The notes beneath the pieces are model-generated. The model was not told the DNA's origin, made no database searches, and saw only the letters and a list, made by a program, of their open reading frames with translations. Positions 6,254-13,130 of a stretch of DNA of 13,130 nucleotides are shown here, piece after piece (position 1 is the first letter of the stretch; each line of letters begins with the position of its first letter). The stretch is from an archaeon. GTDB lineage: Archaea; EX4484-52; B79-G9. The stretch spans positions 1 to 13,130 of the forward strand of contig JBDRKP010000062.1 of assembly GCA_043813875.1 (NCBI GenBank). Direction: 5' to 3'. The translations under genes and the position numbers were made by a program.

Positions 6254-7666
6254 TCATGATCTCTTTATCTTAGGACCGGCATCTGAGTCTTCTATTATGT
6301 AGCCGAGTTCCTGGATTTTTGATCTCAGTTCGTCTGACTTCTGCCAGTTCTTTTCTTTTCTTGCTTTTTCGCGCTCTTGTGAGAGCAATTTTACCACTTC
6401 AGGGATTTTCTCTTCTTTTATTTTCGAGAAAAGGCCGAGGACGCCTGAAAATTCTTCGTATAATGCAAGTGTTTTTTTGAGGACGTCTTTATTTTTGCCG
6501 GATTCCATGTATCTGTTTGCAAGACGGGCCAGTTCATGGAATGATTTTATTGCTTCGGGATTGTCAAGATCATCGGATAAGGCATCCTTGAACCGTGTTT
6601 GAAGCAGGGGGAGTGACTTCAACATCTCTTTGTCTATAGGGTATGTTTTTGCATCTCTGCCTTTCAGGGCAAAGCGTAGGTTTGTGAGGGTTTCTTTTAG
6701 TTTGTTGTAGTTATTTTTCGCGTTCTCTGCGAAGTCGTCTGTGTAGTCCAGCTTTTTGCGATAGTGCGTTGAGATGAACATGTATCGGACTATGTCGCCG
6801 CCGTATTTTTCTATTATGTCGGGAAGGGTGAAGAAGTTGCCTTTGGATTTGCTCATCTTTTCGCCGCCGACTATGAGGTGCTCGCCGTGGACCCAGTAGT
6901 GGACGAACGGCTTTCCTGTCGCGCCTTCTGATTGCGCTATCTCGTTCTCGTGGTGGGGGAATATGAGGTCTACGCCGCCTGTGTGGATGTCAAGCGTGGG
7001 GCCGAATGCGCTCATCGCCATGACGGAGCATTCGATGTGCCAGCCGGGGCGTACTTTTCCCCACGGGCTGTCGTAGCAGATGCCGCGCTTTATCTCGTCA
7101 ACTGTGGATGCTTTCAATAGGGCGAAGTCCTGGGGGTTGTCTTTTTCGTATTCGTCGACGTCGACTGAGGCGCCTATCTTTATGTTGTCGAGGTCTATTT
7201 TTGAGAGCTTGCCGTAGTCCTTGAATGATGAGATTTTAAAATATACTGATCCGCCTTTTTCGTATGCCATGCCTTTTTCTACAAGTTTCTTTGTGAGATC
7301 AATCATGCCTGCTACGTTTTCTGTCGCTTTGGGGTAGCTTGATGCGCGCTTGATGTTGAGCATGTCTAGGCCGCGGAAGAATTCATGAGTGTATTTTTCT
7401 GTGAAGTCTTTCAATGTCATTCCTGCAATCTCAGAGTCCCTTATGGTCTTGTCGTCTATGTCTGTGAGGTTCATGACGAGTTTCACTTTGTAGCCTAGGT
7501 ATTCGAGGACTCGCCTCAGGTTGTCGGTCATCAAGAATGAGCGGTAGTTTCCGATGTGGGGCATGTTGTAGACTGTCGGGCCGCATGCGTAGATTGTGAC
7601 TGCGCCTTCTTTTATTGTCCTGAAAGTGTCTTTTTTTCTTGTGAGGGTGTTGTAGAGTTTCAGCAT
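6254..7666 (-). CDS. cysS: Cysteine--tRNA ligase (class I CysRS)
   Basis: [22 protein letters not shown] (HIGH motif plus Zn Cys), [44 protein letters not shown]-terminal [18 protein letters not shown] 7666 (GTG 7675 possible). Confidence 0.98.
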   Translation of the reverse strand: MLKLYNTLTRKKDTFRTIKEGAVTIYACGPTVYNMPHIGNYRSFLMTDNLRRVLEYLGYKVKLVMNLTDIDDKTIRDSEIAGMTLKDFTEKYTHEFFRGLDMLNIKRASSYPKATENVAGMIDLTKKLVEKGMAYEKGGSVYFKISSFKDYGKLSKIDLDNIKIGASVDVDEYEKDNPQDFALLKASTVDEIKRGICYDSPWGKVRPGWHIECSVMAMSAFGPTLDIHTGGVDLIFPHHENEIAQSEGATGKPFVHYWVHGEHLIVGGEKMSKSKGNFFTLPDIIEKYGGDIVRYMFISTHYRKKLDYTDDFAENAKNNYNKLKETLTNLRFALKGRDAKTYPIDKEMLKSLPLLQTRFKDALSDDLDNPEAIKSFHELARLANRYMESGKNKDVLKKTLALYEEFSGVLGLFSKIKEEKIPEVVKLLSQEREKARKEKNWQKSDELRSKIQELGYIIEDSDAGPKIKRS

Positions 7667-7734
7667 TTTTGTCACGGATTGGTTTTGTTGGGTTGCGCTA
7701 TTTGTTTTTGTGTTTTATCAATACTTCGGGAAGA

Positions 7735-7742
7735 TATTTAAA
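7735..7742 (-). promoter_or_regulatory. Putative TATA box (TTTAAATA) upstream of cysS
   Basis: Same octamer as before tRNA copy 2, in the intergenic gap about 60-70 nt upstream of the cysS start. Confidence 0.45.
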
Positions 7743-7782
7743 TATATGGATTGCAGCTGGCAGTCAAAAACAAAGATAGGGG

Positions 7783-8499
7783 TTATTGTTTCATGTTTTT
7801 TGTGATTAGTTCTGATAGCTCGAGAATCTCTATTTTTGCATATTTGCCTTCTGTGTTCTCTTTTAAGTGCGCGTAGCATAACGGGCAGGTTGTTACCAGG
7901 CGCTTTGTTTTCGTTACTTTCAGGATGTTTTCTGCTACCTTGTCTGAGATGTCTTTGTAGTTCGATCTCACACCTCCGCCGCCGCCACAGCACAGGCTTT
8001 GCTCCCTGTTTCTTGGGAGCTCGCGGATCGTGTAGCCCATGTGTCTTATTATGTCTCTTGGCTCGTCAAAGATGCCTGAGTGGCGCCCCAGATGGCATGG
8101 GTCGTGATATGTTATTGTTTCGGTGTTGTCTTTCTTTAGGTGCAGTTTTTTTATGTCGGGCGCTATCACCTGTGTCATGTGGAGGACTTCCAGGTTGTAT
8201 CTGTTTTTGAGAATATGATAGCATGCGGGGCAGTTGGTGATTATCTTCCCTATGCTGTACTGCTTGAGGATATTGATGTTCTTTTCTTTGAGGTCTTCAA
8301 AGTCTTTTGTGTAGCCGGCGTTCAGGGCCGGGCTGCCGCAGCAGTTTATGTCTGTTTTCAGCATGATGAAGTCTATGCCAAGCCTGTTTAAGATTGTCTC
8401 GTAATTCTTCTGGATTTCGGGCAGCACTGTCTGTGTGAGGCAGCCGGGGTAGTAGAGGGTGTTTGTCGACGAGAAGAGGTCTTTTAGTCTTTTGAACAT
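7783..8499 (-). CDS. CCG-domain Fe-S protein (C-terminal half of GlcF/HdrD-like oxidoreductase)
   Basis: Two CCG domains: YYPGC..NCCG..TNCPAC and TYHDPCHLGR..LCCGGGGG..TTCPLC. ATG 8499 follows the RBS-like GAAGTGA and avoids overlap with the upstream gene. Confidence 0.9.
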   Translation of the reverse strand: MFKRLKDLFSSTNTLYYPGCLTQTVLPEIQKNYETILNRLGIDFIMLKTDINCCGSPALNAGYTKDFEDLKEKNINILKQYSIGKIITNCPACYHILKNRYNLEVLHMTQVIAPDIKKLHLKKDNTETITYHDPCHLGRHSGIFDEPRDIIRHMGYTIRELPRNREQSLCCGGGGGVRSNYKDISDKVAENILKVTKTKRLVTTCPLCYAHLKENTEGKYAKIEILELSELITKNMKQ

Positions 8500-8509
8500 G
8501 GAAGTCACT

Positions 8510-9745
8510 TCAGATGTAGCCGAACAGCATGGCAAGGGCAAGCAGTATGAGGATCGCTCCAAGCATTAGCTTCATTGTGCGCTTGTGGCTGTCGCGCCAC
8601 TTTTCGAGGGCTTTCGCTTCGCCGCCGTAGTATATAATCCCTGCAAGCAATACGAGTGGGAGTATGAACATCAGGTTATATGTGAAGATGTAGGGCATTA
8701 TCTGCAGGAGGTTCTGGCCGTGGCCTTTGAGGACTTCGACGACTGTGAGGTATATAGGGATGCTGCACGGGGCTTCCAGAAGGGCGACGAGGGATCCCAA
8801 GAATACTGCTGCCGGAACTGTTGCTTTTTTTGTGAGCGCCTGGATGTGCTTTTTTGATGATTCGGGTATCTTCAATGTGATGCCTTTGCCGTACCAGAAG
8901 TAGTCTTTTATGTTTATTGCGCCTGCTATCAGGGCTAATGTTATCGCGATGTTGCGGATTATTGCCGGCTGATGAAGCTGCATGGAGGTGTAGTAGTAGA
9001 GGATGCCAAGGAGGATGTTTACTGAAAGGAGGGCTGTTATATATGCTGTCGTTATTTTTATGAGGCGCTTTCTTGAGTTTGAAATCTCCAAAAGGAATGC
9101 CATGATGAATAACAGGACGGCGAATGCGCAGGGATTTATGCCGTCTGCCAGGCCGGTGAATAATATGAGTGGGAGTATTGCCTGCCATTCGAGCTTTTCG
9201 CCGAGCTGGGGTATCAGGGGGTCGCGATCGCCTTGTGTCTGGTTTGTGGTGCATTGCATGCCTTCAAGAGGACATATCTTTTCTTCCATCGATATGCCGC
9301 GCTGTATCTCGGCATCGAGGTTGTCTTTTATTTCTGGTTCGCCTACCAGGATCCTGTCGTTTATGGCAAGAAGGGGTATTTTTTTTTCTTCGTAGTTCTT
9401 TGACTGGCATAGCTTGTTGTAGAGGGCGACGTTTTGCGGTTCGGTCACATCGTAACGGGTGAGTATGATGTCGTTTGAATATGCCTGTTCTATGCTGTCT
9501 ATGAACGGCTTCAGGTTCTCGCAGTGCGAGCAGAGCGGGCTGTAGAAGTATGCTATGCATACTTTTGTGGGGTCTGTGTGGTGGGTGAAGCCTTCCTCTA
9601 CTTCATGTGCATCACTGATTGTCTCTATGTCTGGGACCGCACAGCTGCCTGAATCCTGTGAGCATGTGTCTGTTTGGGCGAATGAGGGCACTGCCATCAG
9701 GAGTGTGAAGAATATTAAAGCGATGATGAGTATTTTTTTTGACAT
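8510..9745 (-). CDS. Signal peptide + thioredoxin-like domain + CcdA/DsbD-type transmembrane domain protein
   Basis: N-terminal signal peptide (..VPSFA-Q), FYSPLCSHC (CxxC), then about 6 hydrophobic helices with the two CcdA redox motifs DGINPCAF and LEAPCS. ATG 9745 or 9751. Confidence 0.87.
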   Translation of the reverse strand: MSKKILIIALIFFTLLMAVPSFAQTDTCSQDSGSCAVPDIETISDAHEVEEGFTHHTDPTKVCIAYFYSPLCSHCENLKPFIDSIEQAYSNDIILTRYDVTEPQNVALYNKLCQSKNYEEKKIPLLAINDRILVGEPEIKDNLDAEIQRGISMEEKICPLEGMQCTTNQTQGDRDPLIPQLGEKLEWQAILPLILFTGLADGINPCAFAVLLFIMAFLLEISNSRKRLIKITTAYITALLSVNILLGILYYYTSMQLHQPAIIRNIAITLALIAGAINIKDYFWYGKGITLKIPESSKKHIQALTKKATVPAAVFLGSLVALLEAPCSIPIYLTVVEVLKGHGQNLLQIMPYIFTYNLMFILPLVLLAGIIYYGGEAKALEKWRDSHKRTMKLMLGAILILLALAMLFGYI

Positions 9746-9793
9746 ATACATTACCTTTGAATCTATAATGCCGTTGTCTTTATGTGTTTTTGC

Positions 9794-10153
9794 CTAGCAG
9801 CAGTAGAGGTCTTTTGGTATCTTTCCTTTTTCCTGCCTGCCGAACGGGTTGCCGTGTTTTCTTATGTTCTCTATCATTTTTTTGTTCGCTTGTGTCTCTT
9901 TTCCTTTCTTTATTGATTCTTCTCTTGCTTTTCTTATCTCGCCGGGGAGGTCTATCTCTTCAGGGCATTCTATTTTGCATGAGTTGCAGAGGGTGCACTG
10001 GTGGATTATGTCGTCGAGCTTCTTGTTTTTTAATAGGATTGCGCGACCGCGTGCGCTTTTGGTCTCGAGCTTTGTCGCCTTGAATATGGGGCAGTTTGTC
10101 TTGCAGAGCCCGCATAATGTGCAGTCGTCCAAGGTCTTGTTTAATTTTTTCAT
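9794..10153 (-). CDS. 2x[4Fe-4S] dicluster protein (N-terminal half of GlcF/HdrD-like oxidoreductase)
   Basis: CTLCGLCKTNCP and CTLCNSCKIECP motifs, SARGR, GNPFG. ATGA overlap with the upstream gene. Ends in YCC. Confidence 0.9.
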   Translation of the reverse strand: MKKLNKTLDDCTLCGLCKTNCPIFKATKLETKSARGRAILLKNKKLDDIIHQCTLCNSCKIECPEEIDLPGEIRKAREESIKKGKETQANKKMIENIRKHGNPFGRQEKGKIPKDLYCC

Positions 10154-11319
10154 ATCACTTTTCCCCTGTTCATGATGTTGTTCGGGTCGTATTTCTGTTT
10201 CTTTTTTTGGAGGCTCTTTTTTAGTGTTTCATCGATGTATTGTCTTTTTGTGATGCCTATGCCGTGCTCGCCGGATACGATGCCGTTGTTGTTTTTTACT
10301 TCGGTGTAGAATCTTTTCAGGTCAAAGTCTTTTTTTAAGCGGCAGTGGATTATGCCGTAGCCGATGTGGCCGAAGTTCGGGATGCCTTCAATTCTCAGCC
10401 AGTTGAGGAAGAGAGGGATGTTTATTGTTGGTATCTTCGGGTCTTCTATCAATGGGTAGCCGGCCGCTGATAATACTGTTGCCAGACCCTTTCTTAGTTT
10501 CCATGCGCCTTCTATTTCTTTTTCTGTTTTGTATGTGCCGCCTGCGTTTTCGTATTCTATGAAGAGATGGTATTTTTCGCTGCCGCCCTCAAGAGTCGAT
10601 GTCAGGGGGTCTATGTATTCGATCGCGATTATGTCGGTTCTTTTCAGGTGGTCTTTTACTATTTGTATCATTTCTTCTGGTGTGTCGAATTCGTATGTTG
10701 AGATTGATGTCTGTTTTGGTGGGTGTGTGAGTTTTAAGGTGGCTTTTGTTATTATGCCAAGAAGACCTTCTGTGCCGGCGAATTCGTGTATGTCTTTTGT
10801 CTTTATTGTGTCTCCTTTTCCTGTTACGAGTTCGATTTCTTCTGTCCATGCGGAGGTTTTGCCGTATCTTATTGCGCGGTTGCCTGCGGCGTCTGTCGAT
10901 ATCATGCCGCCGATGGTGGCCACACCGTCGCTTGAGGGGATGACGGGAAAGTAGAGATTTTTACTTTTGAGGTATGTGTTGAGGTCGCCTACTATCATTC
11001 CTGATTCTACTGTTATTGTGTTTTTGGTTTCTTCGATTATCTTGTCCATCTTTGATGTGTCGATGATGAGCGAGCTGGCGGGGACTGCGCCGCCGACCAG
11101 GCTTGTTCCGCCGCCTCTCGGGGTTAGGGGGATGTTGTTTTTGTTCGCGTATCTTATGATTTTCTGTACATGTTCTGATGTTGTCGGCCAGATGACTGCG
11201 GTTGCTGTTCCTTTCAGCTGGGAGGAGTCGTATGAGTAGATGAGGAGGTCTGTCGGCTGTTCTGAGATGTTTTCTTTGCCTACGATTTTTTCGAGTTCTT
11301 TCAGATGGGATGGGTCCAT
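10150..11319 (-). CDS. FAD-binding oxidoreductase, GlcD/D-lactate dehydrogenase family
   Basis: PRGGGTSLVGG, ATIGGMIS.DAAG..AIRYG, GTEGLLGIITKATLKL, FGHIGYGIIH, SGEHGIG, DPNNIMNRGKV. Confidence 0.9.
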   Translation of the reverse strand: MDPSHLKELEKIVGKENISEQPTDLLIYSYDSSQLKGTATAVIWPTTSEHVQKIIRYANKNNIPLTPRGGGTSLVGGAVPASSLIIDTSKMDKIIEETKNTITVESGMIVGDLNTYLKSKNLYFPVIPSSDGVATIGGMISTDAAGNRAIRYGKTSAWTEEIELVTGKGDTIKTKDIHEFAGTEGLLGIITKATLKLTHPPKQTSISTYEFDTPEEMIQIVKDHLKRTDIIAIEYIDPLTSTLEGGSEKYHLFIEYENAGGTYKTEKEIEGAWKLRKGLATVLSAAGYPLIEDPKIPTINIPLFLNWLRIEGIPNFGHIGYGIIHCRLKKDFDLKRFYTEVKNNNGIVSGEHGIGITKRQYIDETLKKSLQKKKQKYDPNNIMNRGKVI

Positions 11320-11872
11320 AAAGATGTGTTTGGTGAGATAATATTTTATTATTAAGGTGAAACAGATATATTTGCTCTTTGCTTCCAGAATTAAACTACA
11401 TCTATGCCCAATAGGTAAATAGACTCTATAATCCAGAGCATACTATCCGGTATGCTGACAGTGATATAGAAACAGCACGAGTAATAGAGAAATACAATGT
11501 TGAAAAAATTTAAGAAAATGTTAACTTTTCATTAATGATTCACAAGAAAATCCGACAAAATATTTGACCTATTCGTAATTAGTGTGCTGTGTGGCGACAA
11601 GTTACGTTATTAATGTAAGGTAAGGTCAGCGACTAAGCTCTTCAACGAATATCTCTTTAGTCACGTCGGGAATGACATCAAGAAAAGACGTTATTACATT
11701 TTCCATGTCATTTGAAATTTCCGGAAACTTCCATCCCTTTTTAGACGGGTCACTGAACTCTATAATTCTTGCTTCGGTAAGATGCGCTAGTACCATGACA
11801 TATTAATTACCTTACGTATAAATACTACCTCTACAAAATTTATGCTTATTCTAACAAAGGGAGGTAGACAAT

Positions 11873-12328
11873 ATGAAAAGTGTAGATATTCATCTAAAGG
11901 ATGATGAAATTGATTTTTTAAAGAATTTTGTAAAAAAAGGAAAGCATAGAGCAAGAGAGATCGCAAGGGCAAACATATTGTTGCTGTCTAATGATGGTAG
12001 GGATGTCGCAACAATTACAAAAACTCTATCTGTCCATAGGCAAACGATATGGGAGGTCAAGAGAAGATACTTGGATGAGGGATTAAGGTTTGCGTTAAAT
12101 GATAAACCGAGACCAGGACAACCTAAAAGATATAATGATAAGCATGAAGCAGAAATAATTGCTACAGCATGTACCTCTCCGCCAAAAGGAAGCAAAAAGT
12201 GGACTCTCGTATTGTTGGTAGAAGAACTAAAGAAAAAGGATGATTTTGAAACAATTAGCCGTGAAACAATTCGTCTTGTTTTAAAAAAAGCAAAACAAAA
12301 CCATGGCAGAAAAAAATGTGGTGTATAG
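11873..12328 (+). CDS. IS630 transposase, N-terminal HTH part (orfA)
   Basis: RANILLL, HTH region, LNDKPRPGQP, ACTSPPKG..KWTL..L, ISRETIRLVLKK. RBS GGAGGT upstream. Confidence 0.92.
   Translation: MKSVDIHLKDDEIDFLKNFVKKGKHRAREIARANILLLSNDGRDVATITKTLSVHRQTIWEVKRRYLDEGLRFALNDKPRPGQPKRYNDKHEAEIIATACTSPPKGSKKWTLVLLVEELKKKDDFETISRETIRLVLKKAKQNHGRKKCGV
12283..12289 (+). promoter_or_regulatory. A7 slippery site for -1 frameshift joining orfA and orfB
   Basis: TTA AAA AAA G in the orfA frame. A -1 shift gives RLVLKK-SKTKPWQKKMWCI, the usual IS630 junction. Confidence 0.8.
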
Positions 12329-12987
12329 GAAAGATTACACCGGAATATAGGGAAAGGATGTACGATTTAACGGATTTGTACAATGAACCATATGACCCAG
12401 AAAGACCAAAAATAGGAATAGATGAAAAATCGAAACAGTTGCTTGAGAACATAAAAATTCCAATCCCAATGAAAAAAGGGAGTCCTGAAAAATACGATTA
12501 TGAATACAAACGAAAGGGCACTGCTAACATATTTGTAGCTGTTGATCCGCAAGTAGGGAAACGAGTTACAATGGTAACTAATCAAAGAACAAAAAAGGAT
12601 TTTGCGTACTTCATGAAACATTTGGTTGACGAGGTCTTTCGTGATGCGAAACAGCTAAGAGTAATTGTAGATAACCTCAACACACACTTTAAGAGTTCTT
12701 TCGACGAAACATTCGATGAGGAAGAAGCGAACAGAATCTTAAGCAAAATTGAATTTCACTACACCCCGAAACATGCAAGTTGGCTCAATGTAGCAGAGAT
12801 AGAGATTAATGCGATGGATACACAATGTACTGGCAGAAGAATGAAAAATAAAGACTTTTTGATTGAAGAGGTAGAAGCATGGACTAATAAGAGAAACGAA
12901 CAAAAAAAGAAAATCGACTGGAGATTCACCAGAAAAGACGCAGATAGAAAGTTATCTAAACATTATGTAAGTCAATTAAACTGCTGA
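12316..12987 (+). CDS. IS630 transposase, C-terminal DDE catalytic part (orfB, probably reached by frameshift)
   Basis: DDE triad contexts IGIDEK, VIVDNLNTH, YTPKHASWLNVAEIE, plus DYEYKRKGT and IDWRFT. Confidence 0.93.
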   Translation: MWCIGKITPEYRERMYDLTDLYNEPYDPERPKIGIDEKSKQLLENIKIPIPMKKGSPEKYDYEYKRKGTANIFVAVDPQVGKRVTMVTNQRTKKDFAYFMKHLVDEVFRDAKQLRVIVDNLNTHFKSSFDETFDEEEANRILSKIEFHYTPKHASWLNVAEIEINAMDTQCTGRRMKNKDFLIEEVEAWTNKRNEQKKKIDWRFTRKDADRKLSKHYVSQLNC

Positions 12988-13130
12988 GTCACTAGCCTGC
13001 CGGAATCTTAGGGCTCGGATATAATGACTATTACCTCCTTTATTTTTTTACCTGCTCATTCCAAACCGGCATCCTTCATTTCACCTCCTGTGCATATCAA
13101 GTCCATAATAAGATTCAGTTTTTCGCATGG

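Larger units (their letters stand above)
11790..12992 (+). mobile_element. IS630-family insertion sequence, 1203 bp, TA duplication in a CTAG context
   Basis: CTAG at 11787-11790 and 12992-12995. Imperfect terminal inverted repeats: GTACCATGACATATTAATTACCTTACGTA (left) vs GTGACTCAGCAGTTTAATTGACTTACATA (right, reverse complement). Encloses the two transposase ORFs. Confidence 0.9.
11626..13130 (-). pseudogene. Decayed ORF of unknown function interrupted by the IS630 element (pieces 13130-12993 and 11787-11626)
   Basis: Removing the IS and one TA joins a single frame: PCEKLNLIMDLICTGGEMKDAGLE*AGKKIKEVIVIISEP*DSGRL|AHLTEARIIEFSDPSKKGWKFPEISNDMENVITSFLDVIPDVTKEIFVEELSR*, with two internal stops. 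Confidence 0.4.

Noticed and set aside
8500..8562. N-terminal extension MERSSYCLPLPCC... of the CCG protein
   Set aside because: Overlaps the ccdA-like gene; ATG 8499 with an RBS is the better start.
11320..11625. AT-rich intergenic region with a short hydrophobic frame and a small AGCATAC/GTATGCT inverted repeat
   Set aside because: No start codon or RBS for the frame, and a single 7-bp stem is expected by chance.
13056..13058. In-frame TGA in the decayed ORF as possible recoding
   Set aside because: A TAA follows in the same frame, and TGA is a normal stop for several genes here (pscS, cysS, kinase).
13081..13128. Minus-strand MRKTESYYGLDMHRR* resembling an IS110 transposase N-terminus
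   Set aside because: Only 15 codons before a stop, with no further IS110 motifs in any frame.
1..13130. CRISPR array or other tandem repeat array; remaining short ORFs in the track
   Set aside because: No regularly spaced repeats were seen. The other listed ORFs overlap well-supported genes in antisense or alternative frames.

Overview
Archaeal genomic window, judged from GGAGGTGA-type RBSs, TATA boxes and a tRNA intron with a bulge-helix motif; the lineage cannot be fixed from sequence alone. It is dominated by a cysteine-decoding locus that carries BOTH routes to Cys-tRNA(Cys), each with its own tRNA(Cys)-GCA gene. (i) The indirect route is sepS (a divergent, entirely cysteine-free SepRS), an intron-less G37 tRNA(Cys) that overlaps the sepS stop codon, and pscS (SepCysS). 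(ii) The direct route is cysS followed by an intron-containing, CCA-encoding A37 tRNA(Cys). Between the two modules lie a stand-alone LigD 3'-phosphoesterase, an APH-like kinase/P-loop fusion and an ACT-domain protein. Upstream of cysS is a redox gene cluster: a GlcD-like FAD oxidoreductase, a split GlcF-like Fe-S protein, and a thioredoxin-CcdA/DsbD membrane protein sitting between the two halves. The right end holds a complete IS630-family element (-1 frameshift, CTAG target) inserted in a decayed ORF. Two partial copies of the 3' end of the second tRNA were also seen, one 89 bp downstream of it and one inside the cysS coding sequence.
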